Assembly: GCA_965203905.1 (NCBI GenBank)
Contig: CBDBDQ010000005.1
Coordinates: 224,001-288,000, forward strand
Direction: 5' to 3'
Origin: Spirochaetia bacterium
Lineage (GTDB): Bacteria; Spirochaetota; Spirochaetia; SZUA-6; Bin103
DNA length: 64,000 nt
Shown here: one piece after another, positions 1 to 8,792 of the stretch
Layout: every line of letters starts with the position of its first letter
How positions within the stretch are numbered: the stretch's first letter is position 1
Notes under the pieces: generated by a model
The model's database searches: none
Told to the model about the DNA's origin: nothing
The model's input: the letters and a program-made list of their open reading frames with translations, nothing else
Position numbers and translations under genes: made by a program

Positions 1-246
1 GCTGTGCACCAGGGTGTGCTTCTCCGGCTGCGCCCCACCGCTGCGCAGCAACTCCCGCGCCTGCTCCACCAGCCGATGCTCCATCATGCCGCCACCGATG
101 GTCCCGTGCAGGCCCCCGCCCTCGGCCACCAGCAGCTTCGCGCCGGCGGTACCCGGCGAGCCGCGGGTATGCTCAGCCACACAGGCAACGAACACCCGCT
201 CTCCCCGCTCCAGGTAATCGCCCACCCGCTCCCAGAATGCACTCAT
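1..246 (-). CDS. xdhC: XdhC/CoxI family xanthine dehydrogenase accessory protein (N-terminal part, runs off window)
   Basis: Manual translation from ATG at 246: MSAFWERAGDYLERGERVFVACVAEHTRGSPGTAGAKLLVAEGGGLHGTIGGGMMEHRLVEQA..; GSP..GAK and GTIGGG..E motifs of XdhC. Not in ORF track because it has no stop in the window. Confidence 0.8.
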   Translation of the reverse strand, partial: MSAFWERVGDYLERGERVFVACVAEHTRGSPGTAGAKLLVAEGGGLHGTIGGGMMEHRLVEQARELLRSGGAQPEKHTLVHS

Positions 247-559
247 CCGTCATCTCATGATAGCCGATCGGACTATCTGCGACACTACCTCCAACGAGTG
301 CGGACCCGAAAGACGCGCCCCTGACGTGAGAGTCCCGCCGGTGGGCGGACCACGTCGGGCTTGTCAGAGTAACAGCACCTCCGACGCCATCGTACTTGCT
401 CTCCTTCGCCATGCGGATGGCTGCAAGTGTGCTCGACTTCTGGCGAGCATGGTTCGATTGTGGTACTCTCCCTCCGTTGCAAAATGTGCCTGTGCCATGC
501 CATATGCCGATTGATACCCTACACACCAAGCCCGCGTCATAAAGCGCGGGTGCACAACC

Positions 560-1849
560 ATGGTTAAGAGGCTCATAGTAGATCGATTCAAGTCGATTCG
601 CACCGCCACCCTCGAGCTTGGACGAATTAACTTGCTCATCGGTGGGAATGGTGCCGGAAAGTCCAATATTCTCGAAGCGATAGGTGTCATGTCTGCCGCG
701 GCATACCGAGGTCTTGGCGACAGCGATCTGGCAAGAAAAGGTGTACGAATCACGCCTCCTGCGTTGATGAAGTCAGCATTCAAGAACTACGAACTTCCGA
801 AGACGCTACAACTTACCGCCGAACTAGAAGGGGCCGTAACTTACAAGATCAATCTCACGGGAAGAGACGATGACCCATTGCTTGCGTTCTTCAGCGAGAG
901 TTGTACGTACGGAAATCGCAAGATGTTCGGTCAAGGGACCAATGGCGTTCAAGTATTGGGGAAGAGCATCTACGACGACATCTATATCAATCGGAGCATT
1001 TGGGATCAAGTACGTTTCGGTCACAAGTTTCCGGCTCGCGTCAGACAAGCATTTCATATGCTCTCCGAGTACGCAATCTACTCACCACAGACCGATTTCT
1101 TGCGTGGCAAGACAGGGAGTGTCGATACTCCACCCGTCGGCTTGCATGGTGAAGGTCTGCCACAGGCTGTTCGTGGATTGATTGCACAGATAACGAAGTT
1201 GAAGAACCCAAAATCGAATTCGAAGTACTCGTCTCAACAAGATCATTCCTGGAAGCTCAAACGTCGGGCGCTCGACTTGGCTTACCTGCCACGCTGGGCT
1301 AGCGGTGTCCGTGTTGGTAGAATCGACAGTCATTTGGTGCCTAGAGCTTTGCTCGATCAAGGAGAAGATACGGTCTACTTTCTCGACCGATTCATGCATT
1401 TGAAGAGACGTACACTATCGGTGTACGACAGTAGTGAGGGAACACTGTTCCTTCTCTTCATCGCCGTCCTACTCGCGCACGACGAGTCCCCGAATCTGTT
1501 CGCTTTGGACAATGTCGACAGTGCATTGAACCCCCGAATGACCAGATCGTTGCTTGAGACGGTGATCGAGACGACCAAAGACGCGGCCGCTCACGACTTG
1601 CATTGCGGACCCAGACAAGTCTTCCTTACCAGCCACAATCCTACGTCGCTGGACGCATTTGACTTGTTTGACGACGACCAACGCATCTTCGTAGTCGAGC
1701 GAGATGACATCGGTCAGACGGTCGTGACCCGGCTCCGACCGAGGCCGGGGATGTCGAGAGACGACTGGGAGGAAGCCAAGAACGGTCGGAATCTATCGCA
1801 GCTCTGGTTGGACGGTGAGATCCGCGGTGCTCTTGGACAGAGAGTATAG
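560..1849 (+). CDS. ABC-type/AAA_21 ATPase (putative defence/conflict system ATPase)
   Basis: Walker A GGNGAGKS, signature SEGT, Walker-B-like ALDNVDSALNP, LTSH H-loop; no TM partner; lower GC than flanks. Confidence 0.85.
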   Translation: MVKRLIVDRFKSIRTATLELGRINLLIGGNGAGKSNILEAIGVMSAAAYRGLGDSDLARKGVRITPPALMKSAFKNYELPKTLQLTAELEGAVTYKINLTGRDDDPLLAFFSESCTYGNRKMFGQGTNGVQVLGKSIYDDIYINRSIWDQVRFGHKFPARVRQAFHMLSEYAIYSPQTDFLRGKTGSVDTPPVGLHGEGLPQAVRGLIAQITKLKNPKSNSKYSSQQDHSWKLKRRALDLAYLPRWASGVRVGRIDSHLVPRALLDQGEDTVYFLDRFMHLKRRTLSVYDSSEGTLFLLFIAVLLAHDESPNLFALDNVDSALNPRMTRSLLETVIETTKDAAAHDLHCGPRQVFLTSHNPTSLDAFDLFDDDQRIFVVERDDIGQTVVTRLRPRPGMSRDDWEEAKNGRNLSQLWLDGEIRGALGQRV

Positions 1850-1852
1850 TCC

Positions 1853-2535
1853 ATGCGCATCGGCGTCGTATGTGAAGGTCCGACGGACGCTCACGCGATT
1901 GCGTGTTTCTTGCAGGCGTCACTGACCCACCGCGGAATCACGCCGGAATTCATTCCGATTCAACCCGACACAGACAACACGAGACCACTCGACGGTGGGT
2001 GGGGCGCAGTGTTTCTTTGGCTGCAGAAAAACCCACCGAGATCAAGGACCAGGACCTATTTCCATGGAGGTCTATTTGACTACGATCTGTCGATATACTC
2101 TCAGACCTGGGCTTCCAGCGCTGGACGAAAGAGCACTACGACCACTCTGTGGCAGACCACCCGGACCCACTCGAACGTGGGAACGAAATCACACAAATCA
2201 TCAAGATTGTAGGAGAATTCGCAACGCTTACAACCGCTGACTTGAGACGGCACATTCCCGCACCATCCGTAGAGTCAACAGAAACATGGTGCATCGCAGC
2301 GTTCCGACAGCTTTCTGTCGATCCAGAAACTCTTCGCGGAATTGCGCTTTGTCGGGAATTCATGACTGCTCTGCATCGATTCGAGAACCGCCCGATGGAA
2401 GACTTCGTTCACATCGACAAGAACCCTGACCGAAGACTTCCCTATTGTGTGAATCATTCAGGCGGGTTTCCTCGTCTAGAGAACCAATGCTATCACTATC
2501 GCAATTTGGTGGATGCGCTTGTCAACAGCAACTGA
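1853..2535 (+). pseudogene. TOPRIM-like (DUF4276/RloB-like) ATPase partner, split by frameshift/deletion near 2090
   Basis: N-terminus MRIGVVCEGPTD (1853 frame) continues in another frame as DILSDLGFQRW...SVESTETWCIAA (2149..2535 ORF). Confidence 0.65.
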
Positions 2536-2781
2536 TTCGAGGCGCCGCGCTACGCAAAAGCAACGTTCTTGCACCGCCCACCTTCCATCGCGAGGAGCTT
2601 GTCGGCTCATCTCGCCAGAGCCTCTCAGACCATCATGCCTTGGCTTACCAAGCGTCCCATTCCGGAAGCCAGCGGGTTTCGGCGCCGCCAGCTCCTCGGT
2701 ATGGGCGGCGGTAGGTTGTAGCGCGCGGACCGGCCGGCGGCTGGCTCGTGGCACGAGGGCGACTCTGGTACCCTGTGACCG

Positions 2782-4311
2782 ATGCAACGCAACGGTGAGC
2801 GGACGGGCGGCGGTCTGCCCGACATCATCATCTTCAACCCTGACCAGTGGCGGGGGGACGTGCTTGGCCACGTGGGCAACCCGGCCGCGGTGACCCCGGC
2901 GATCGACCGCCTGGTGGCGGAAGAGGGAGTCTCGTTCTCGCGTGCGTTCTGCCAGAACCCGGTGTGCACGCCGAGCCGCTGCAGCTTCATGAGCGGCTGG
3001 TATCCGCACGTGCGCGGCCACCGCACCATGCACCACATGCTGCACTCCGAGTGGAACGAGCCCAACCTGCTGCGCATTCTCAAGCAGCACGGCTACTTCG
3101 TATGGTGGGGCGGCAAGAACGACCTGGTGCCGGGGCAGGGCGACTTCTCTCCCTACTGCGACGTGAAGTTCGAGCCGACCGACGAGGACTACCGGCGCTG
3201 GGGCTGCACCCGGCGGGAGGGCACCCACGGCGGCGATCTGCACTGGCGCGGCGACCCGAAGGGCGACAACTTCTACAGCTTCTTCAAGGGGCGGCTGGAC
3301 CGGGAAGACGATCCGTTCTACTGCGACCGCGACTGGGCGAACGTGCTCGGCGCCATCGACTTCCTGCGCGACTACCGCGGCGACCAGCCGGTTTGCGTCT
3401 ACCTGCCGCTCTCCTTTCCGCACCCGCCCTACTGCGTGGAGGAGCCGTGGTACGGCATCACCGACCGCGCCGCCTTGCCCCCGCGCATCCCGGCGCCCGC
3501 CGACGAGACCGGCAAGCCATCGCTTCTGGGCGGCATCCGCCGCGGCCAGCGGCTGCAGGGCTGGAGCGAGGAGCGCTGGACCGAGCTGCGGGCGACCTAC
3601 TACGGGATGTGCGCGCGCGTCGATCACCAGTTCGGCCTGCTCTGCGATGCCCTGCGCGAGCGCGGGCGCTACGACGCCGCCGCGATCTTCCTGTTCTCCG
3701 ACCACGGGGACTTCACCGGCGACTACGGGCTGGTGGAGAAGACCCAGAATACGTTCGAGGACTGCCTGACGCGGGTGCCGCTGGTGGTCAAGCCACCGGC
3801 AGGGGTGCCGGTGACGCCGCGCGTCTGCGATGCCCTGGTGGAGCTGGTGGACTTCTCGGCGACGGTGTACGACCTGACCGGGATCGCCCCCGGCTACGAC
3901 CACTTCGGGCGCAGCCTGCTGCCCCTGGTGGCCGATGCCAGCACCGGTGGTGGACGTGACGCCGTGTTCTGCGAAGGCGGACGGCGTCTCGGCGAGGTGC
4001 AGGCCTCCGAGTTGGAGAGCGCCAGCGCCGGCGGCTCGCTCGGCCTGTACGCACCGCGGGTTCAACTTCAGGTTCAACTCGATGCGCCGTACCACAGCAA
4101 GGCAACCATGTGCCGCACGGCGACCCACAAGTACGTCCAACGCCTGTACGAGAGCGACGAGCTTTACGACCTGGGGCTCGATCCGGGGGAGCAGCGCAAC
4201 GTGATCGACGATCCCGCGTACCGCGACCTGCTCGCGGAACTGCGGCTGCGGCTGCTGCGCTGGTACCAGGAGACCTGCGACGTGGTTCCGCGCGTCACCG
4301 ACCGCCGTTGA
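2782..4311 (+). CDS. Formylglycine-dependent sulfatase
   Basis: IIIFNPDQWR, CTPSR (CxPxR) motif, SDHGD, ELYDL..DP.E motifs. Confidence 0.9.
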   Translation: MQRNGERTGGGLPDIIIFNPDQWRGDVLGHVGNPAAVTPAIDRLVAEEGVSFSRAFCQNPVCTPSRCSFMSGWYPHVRGHRTMHHMLHSEWNEPNLLRILKQHGYFVWWGGKNDLVPGQGDFSPYCDVKFEPTDEDYRRWGCTRREGTHGGDLHWRGDPKGDNFYSFFKGRLDREDDPFYCDRDWANVLGAIDFLRDYRGDQPVCVYLPLSFPHPPYCVEEPWYGITDRAALPPRIPAPADETGKPSLLGGIRRGQRLQGWSEERWTELRATYYGMCARVDHQFGLLCDALRERGRYDAAAIFLFSDHGDFTGDYGLVEKTQNTFEDCLTRVPLVVKPPAGVPVTPRVCDALVELVDFSATVYDLTGIAPGYDHFGRSLLPLVADASTGGGRDAVFCEGGRRLGEVQASELESASAGGSLGLYAPRVQLQVQLDAPYHSKATMCRTATHKYVQRLYESDELYDLGLDPGEQRNVIDDPAYRDLLAELRLRLLRWYQETCDVVPRVTDRR

Positions 4312-4330
4312 GACCAGCGAGCGGGGTGGA

Positions 4331-4358
4331 TCCATCGCAGCCGCTCCGCTGCGATGGA
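4331..4358. terminator. GC-rich hairpin between convergent genes
   Basis: Perfect 11-bp inverted repeat tccatcgcagc/gctgcgatgga; no U-tract. Confidence 0.45.
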
Positions 4359-4412
4359 AGCCGCGCGCCTGCCGGCTGGTTCGCCGGCGTGACCGCGAGA
4401 CGACGCCTTACG

Positions 4413-5222
4413 TCATGTCGGGCTCGCGATGACCGCGGGCTGGTCTTCGGGACTGTAGAAGTAGGCGCCCGGCCGCCACTCCGCGCTCAGGTCGCCGAGC
4501 AGGCGCCGCTGCCGGGGGGTGCAGCGGTCCAGCAGATCCGGGGCGTGACCGTTGAAGTCGAAGGTGCGGAAGCACATCTGGCTGTAGCAGTAGATCAGCG
4601 ACTTGCGGGCGCGGCGGGAGTGGTTGGTCGACACGCCGTGCCACAGCGCGTGGGGGAAGATGACCGCGTCACCTGCCTCGGCGCAGAGCTGCACCGCACC
4701 GGGCGTGGAGGTGGTGACCGGGTTGTCCCCCTCGGGATAGGGACGCAGATGGCTGCCGGGAAAGAGGGTGAAGTTGCCGCTGCCGGGCCTGCGGAGGTCG
4801 GTCAGGAAGTACTGCACCTTGATCTGCAGCGGCCAGCTCGTCTCGCTCACGCGGATGCGGCGCAGCGCCTCGCCGCCGTCGGTGTGGATGTAGCCCTTGT
4901 CCTCGGGGTTGGGCGGACGCACGATCGCTTCCGCCATGCTGAGTTGAACGTAGGGGCCCATCAGCTCCACCACCGGTTCCAGGATGGACGCATGGTCGAT
5001 CAGGTCGATGAACTCCTGGCTGTCGGGCAGGATGTTGCGGCGGTCCATGCCCGGCCGCGCCTGGGCATGGGCGTTGCTCCGGATTTCCCTCCGGTACAAC
5101 CGGTCGACCTGGCGCAGCAGCCGGGTCACCATCGTTTTCGGCAGCGCACCCTTCAGCACCAGATAGCCGTCGCTTGCCCATTGGCGCCGCTCGGTGTCGG
5201 TCAGTGCGCCGTCTCGGACCAT
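4413..5222 (-). CDS. Phytanoyl-CoA dioxygenase (PhyH) family Fe/2OG oxygenase
   Basis: DGYLVL, HTD, PGSH, AGDAVIF..ALWH motifs; GAGGAGG RBS upstream of ATG 5222. Confidence 0.85.
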   Translation of the reverse strand: MVRDGALTDTERRQWASDGYLVLKGALPKTMVTRLLRQVDRLYRREIRSNAHAQARPGMDRRNILPDSQEFIDLIDHASILEPVVELMGPYVQLSMAEAIVRPPNPEDKGYIHTDGGEALRRIRVSETSWPLQIKVQYFLTDLRRPGSGNFTLFPGSHLRPYPEGDNPVTTSTPGAVQLCAEAGDAVIFPHALWHGVSTNHSRRARKSLIYCYSQMCFRTFDFNGHAPDLLDRCTPRQRRLLGDLSAEWRPGAYFYSPEDQPAVIASPT

Positions 5223-5319
5223 GGTGTACCTCCTCGCGAACACCGTGACCGTACCACCGGGGACGGACGGTATCCAGACTCCCGTGCCGGATGGGTTGCG
5301 GAATCGGGTCGCAACCGGG

Positions 5320-6711
5320 ATGCTCGGTTCCGTGACCGCTTCAGAGCGACCGCACATCGTGGTGATCGCCGCCGACACGCTCCGGCCGGCCTACCTCGGC
5401 TGTTACGGCAACACCGCCGTGCACACGCCCCACCTGGACCGGCTGGCGGCGCAGTCGCTCCGCTTCACCCGCGCCCACCCGGAGGCGCTGCCGACCATTC
5501 CGACGCGGCGCACCGTGCACGGCGGGCGGCGCGTGTACCCATTCGCCGACTACCGGCCGGTGCCGTGGGACAATGTCTACCTCCCCGGCTGGCAGCCCAT
5601 GGCGGCCGAGGAGCCGACGGTCGCCGAGGCCCTCGAAGCGGCCGGCTACCACACCGGCTTCGTCGCGGACGTACCCCACTACTTCGTGCCGGGGATGAAC
5701 TTCACCCGCGGTTTCCGCCAGTGGCAGTTCGTGCGCGGGCAGGCGGAGGACCGTTTCGGGGCCGAAGCCGCGGCCGACCCGGCATTGCTGCCGCGCTACC
5801 GGGCCAAGATCGGGCGCCGCCACCTGGTCAACGTGCGCCCGCGGGCAGCGGAAGAAGAGTGGCCGACCGCGCGCACCTTCCGCTGGGCGCAGCAGTTCCT
5901 GGAGCAGAACGCCGGCGGCGAGAAGCCGCTCTACCTGTACGTCGACAGCTTTACCCCGCACGAGACCTGGGAGGCGCCGCTGCACTACTACGACCTCTAC
6001 GGCAGCCGCGCCGAGCGCGAACCGATCTGGCTCAGCGTGCCCTACGGGCCGTTGGCGGAGGTGCCCGAACTGGAAGCGCAGCTGCCGAGCGTGCGCGCCA
6101 ACTACGCGGGCCTGGTGACCATGGTCGACCGCTGGTGCGGCCTGCTGCTGGACACCATCGACCGGCTCGGCATGCGCGACCGGACGCTGATCGTGTTCTT
6201 CAGCGACCACGGCACCAACTTCGCCGACAACCCCGAGGGGATCGTGGGCAAGCCGGCCGGCTGGATGTACCCCGGCACCATGGACATTCCGCTGTTGGTG
6301 CGGCTGCCGGACGGGCGTGGCGCCGGCACCGCGTGCGACCGCCTGGCCTCGACCGCCGACATCCCCGCGACGGTGGCCACGGCAGCCGGCCTGAGCGGGC
6401 TGCCGCTCGACGGGACCAGCCTCGCCGCAGCCGCCGACGGCGCCTACCCCGGCTACGACCACCTCACCTGCCGCTACGGCAACTTCGTCTGGTACCGCGA
6501 CCTGCGCACCTGGTTCTTCAGCGGTCTCGACTTCACCGGCCCGCGACTGTTCGACCTGGAGGCCGACCCCGCGTGCCGCAACAACGTCGCCGAGCGGCTG
6601 CCCGAACGCGCGGCGTTGGCGCGCGAGAGGATCCTGGCCGATGCCGGCGGCCGGCTGATCCGGCACGACCCGCCCGCCGCCACCGACGCCATCGGCCGGC
6701 GACCCGGCTGA
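5320..6711 (+). CDS. Sulfatase-like alkaline-phosphatase-superfamily hydrolase with Thr at the catalytic position
   Basis: VVIAADTLR, LPTIPTRR, DSFTPHE, SDHG, LFDLEADP motifs; start 5320 ATG or 5332 GTG. Confidence 0.8.
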   Translation: MLGSVTASERPHIVVIAADTLRPAYLGCYGNTAVHTPHLDRLAAQSLRFTRAHPEALPTIPTRRTVHGGRRVYPFADYRPVPWDNVYLPGWQPMAAEEPTVAEALEAAGYHTGFVADVPHYFVPGMNFTRGFRQWQFVRGQAEDRFGAEAAADPALLPRYRAKIGRRHLVNVRPRAAEEEWPTARTFRWAQQFLEQNAGGEKPLYLYVDSFTPHETWEAPLHYYDLYGSRAEREPIWLSVPYGPLAEVPELEAQLPSVRANYAGLVTMVDRWCGLLLDTIDRLGMRDRTLIVFFSDHGTNFADNPEGIVGKPAGWMYPGTMDIPLLVRLPDGRGAGTACDRLASTADIPATVATAAGLSGLPLDGTSLAAAADGAYPGYDHLTCRYGNFVWYRDLRTWFFSGLDFTGPRLFDLEADPACRNNVAERLPERAALARERILADAGGRLIRHDPPAATDAIGRRPG

Positions 6712-6755
6712 CCTGAGAGTCACCACCCAGCAGGAAAGGCCAAGGCCAAAGGAGA

Positions 6756-6785
6756 TTGACAATGTCGCGTCGCTGTTTATAGGCT
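6756..6785 (+). promoter_or_regulatory. Putative sigma70-type promoter of ACP-PPTase-hydrolase operon
   Basis: TTGACA-N18-TAGGCT, 65 bp upstream of the ACP ATG. Confidence 0.35.
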
Positions 6786-6849
6786 GCGTGAAGCTGGATC
6801 ACGTGAAGTTCGCTTTGCGTGCTCTGACATTCACCACTGGAGTGTACCT

Positions 6850-7080
6850 ATGGCAACGGCGGCTGATCGCCTCAAAGAACTCGCCAACGAACATCTGGAT
6901 CTAGGCCACGAGCCGGACTTCGACGTCAAATTCAGCGATTCCGGTGTCTCCTCCGTGGACGCGGTCGCCTTCATCAGGGTCGTGAATCAGGATTTCAACA
7001 TTACGATTCCGCCGGAGAAGGTCGCGGAGATGGAGACGCTGCGAGACCTCGCCGAATACCTGGATACGAATTCCGGGTAG
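6850..7080 (+). CDS. supB: Stand-alone acyl carrier protein (SupB-like)
   Basis: 76 aa, acidic, GVSSVD phosphopantetheine site, C-terminal 'F.I.IP.E....TL.DL'; GGAG RBS. Confidence 0.85.
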   Translation: MATAADRLKELANEHLDLGHEPDFDVKFSDSGVSSVDAVAFIRVVNQDFNITIPPEKVAEMETLRDLAEYLDTNSG

Positions 7081-7095
7081 GCGCCCGGGTCCGCG

Positions 7096-7812
7096 ATGCC
7101 GGCGTCTGGCGTCCGTTCGATGGACGACTGTTGGTGGCGCCGATATCGTGAAACCGGCGACCGTGTCGTCATTCATGTCGACCTGACGCAGCAGGCGGCC
7201 CGCTCGGCCGCTGCCCTGGCGTGGCTCGATCAGACCGAACGGGTGCGCTGGCACCGCTACCGCTATGCCCGTCCTCGCCGTGAGTTCGGCTTGTGTCGCG
7301 CGGCGTTGCGTGCCACGCTCTGCAGCCGACTCGGCTGTGACAACCATGAACTTGCGTTCGGGACGGCGCAGCACGGAAAGCCGGTCGCCCTGGTGCGGGG
7401 CAGGCCGGCCCCAATCAGCTTCAACGTCAGTCACAGTGGCAGCCATGGACTGATCGCATTGGCGCCGGAGGGACGCATCGGGGTGGATGTGGAGGAACGG
7501 CGCTCCCGGCCCGATCCCGACGGGCCAATCCGGACGGTATTTGCGCCGGCCGAACGCGCGGAGCTTGCAGCGGCACGCGGGACCCGCAAAGTCGACCTTT
7601 TCTTCGCTCTGTGGACGATGAAGGAAGCACTGATCAAGGCTCTGGGCATAGGCTTCTCGATCGATACCTCCACGTTCGAAATCCCCCCGGAAATGCGTCG
7701 AGGCTCTCCCACCAGCGTATTTCGATTCCCGCATGCCCCGATGGTGGGATGGCGACTCGAGAATGTGGGCAACGCCAGGTTCGCAGCCGCCGTCGCCCAT
7801 GAGCTGAGCTAG
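7096..7812 (+). CDS. supC: Sfp-type 4'-phosphopantetheinyl transferase (SupC-like)
   Basis: HGKP, FNVSHS, IGVDVE, WTMKEALIKALG motifs. Confidence 0.9.
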   Translation: MPASGVRSMDDCWWRRYRETGDRVVIHVDLTQQAARSAAALAWLDQTERVRWHRYRYARPRREFGLCRAALRATLCSRLGCDNHELAFGTAQHGKPVALVRGRPAPISFNVSHSGSHGLIALAPEGRIGVDVEERRSRPDPDGPIRTVFAPAERAELAAARGTRKVDLFFALWTMKEALIKALGIGFSIDTSTFEIPPEMRRGSPTSVFRFPHAPMVGWRLENVGNARFAAAVAHELS

Positions 7813-7820
7813 GTACCGAC

Positions 7821-8750
7821 GTGACCCCCGAGAATGACTGGAAGATACCGGAGCCGCTCTCGGCGCGTGAGGTGCGCTTGGACAGGGACACGGTCACCAT
7901 CCTGAGGCGGCATGGGAATCCGGACGGTCCACGGCTCGTGCTGTGTCACGGCAACGGTTTCGCAATCGATCTCTACTATCCGTTCTGGTCGCTGCTCGCA
8001 CCTGACTTCGACCTGGTCATGTATGACCTCAGGAATCACGGCTGGAATTCGGTCGGCGACCGCGAGTACCACAACATTCCGACTTTGATTCGAGACCATG
8101 AACTCATACTCGAAGCAATTGACCAGCACTACGGAGACAAACCGAAGATTGGCGTATACCACTCGGTTTCCGCACTGATCGCGTTGCTGGCGTCAGCCAC
8201 TACCACCCTACGGACCTGCGTCCAACGCAGCCCCCTGGCCGCTCAGGTACTACTGGATCCGACTTTGTGCCGGCCGGGTGTCAGCCAGTTGGAGTTCGAG
8301 GTAGCCGCCGTCCGCTCTGCCGAACTGATCCGACGGCGGGGGTACCGCTTTCAGTCCCGAGAAGACTTCGCGGAACTCCTCCGCTACGCTCCCGCCTTCC
8401 TGCGGGTCGTTCCGGGAGTTCGGGAACTGATGGCAAGAACTACACTGCGCCGGTCGCCTGACGGACATGATTACGAGTTGCGGTGCCCACGCGAATACGA
8501 GGCACAGATCATGCAGTACACGCGCATCTATTGCGTATTGGTGGATTTTGACGAGCTTCCGTGCCCGACCAAGGTGATCGGCTGCGATCCGACGCTGCCC
8601 TACGCCTATCTGCCAACCCTCGACCTCGGCGACATGACCAGCTTGGACTACGATTTCCTGCCGGAGACTACCCACCTGTTTCCCCTTGAGAAACCGGCAG
8701 AGTGTGCGGCGCTGATTGGGGATTTCGTCGAGTCTCAGGGCCTGACCTAG
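7821..8750 (+). CDS. supD: Alpha/beta hydrolase (SupD-like; candidate trans-acting thioesterase)
   Basis: HGNGF oxyanion motif, DLRNHG, nucleophile YHSVS, C-terminal THLFPLE His. Confidence 0.8.
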   Translation: MTPENDWKIPEPLSAREVRLDRDTVTILRRHGNPDGPRLVLCHGNGFAIDLYYPFWSLLAPDFDLVMYDLRNHGWNSVGDREYHNIPTLIRDHELILEAIDQHYGDKPKIGVYHSVSALIALLASATTTLRTCVQRSPLAAQVLLDPTLCRPGVSQLEFEVAAVRSAELIRRRGYRFQSREDFAELLRYAPAFLRVVPGVRELMARTTLRRSPDGHDYELRCPREYEAQIMQYTRIYCVLVDFDELPCPTKVIGCDPTLPYAYLPTLDLGDMTSLDYDFLPETTHLFPLEKPAECAALIGDFVESQGLT

Positions 8751-8792
8751 CCACCAGAGCTCCCCGCGATCGCTCCGCAAGTTCTAGTCGGG

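Noticed and set aside
4110-6716. 868-aa ORF and similar Arg/Pro/Gly-rich alternative-frame ORFs throughout
   Set aside because: Overlap well-supported genes; off-frame artefacts of GC bias.
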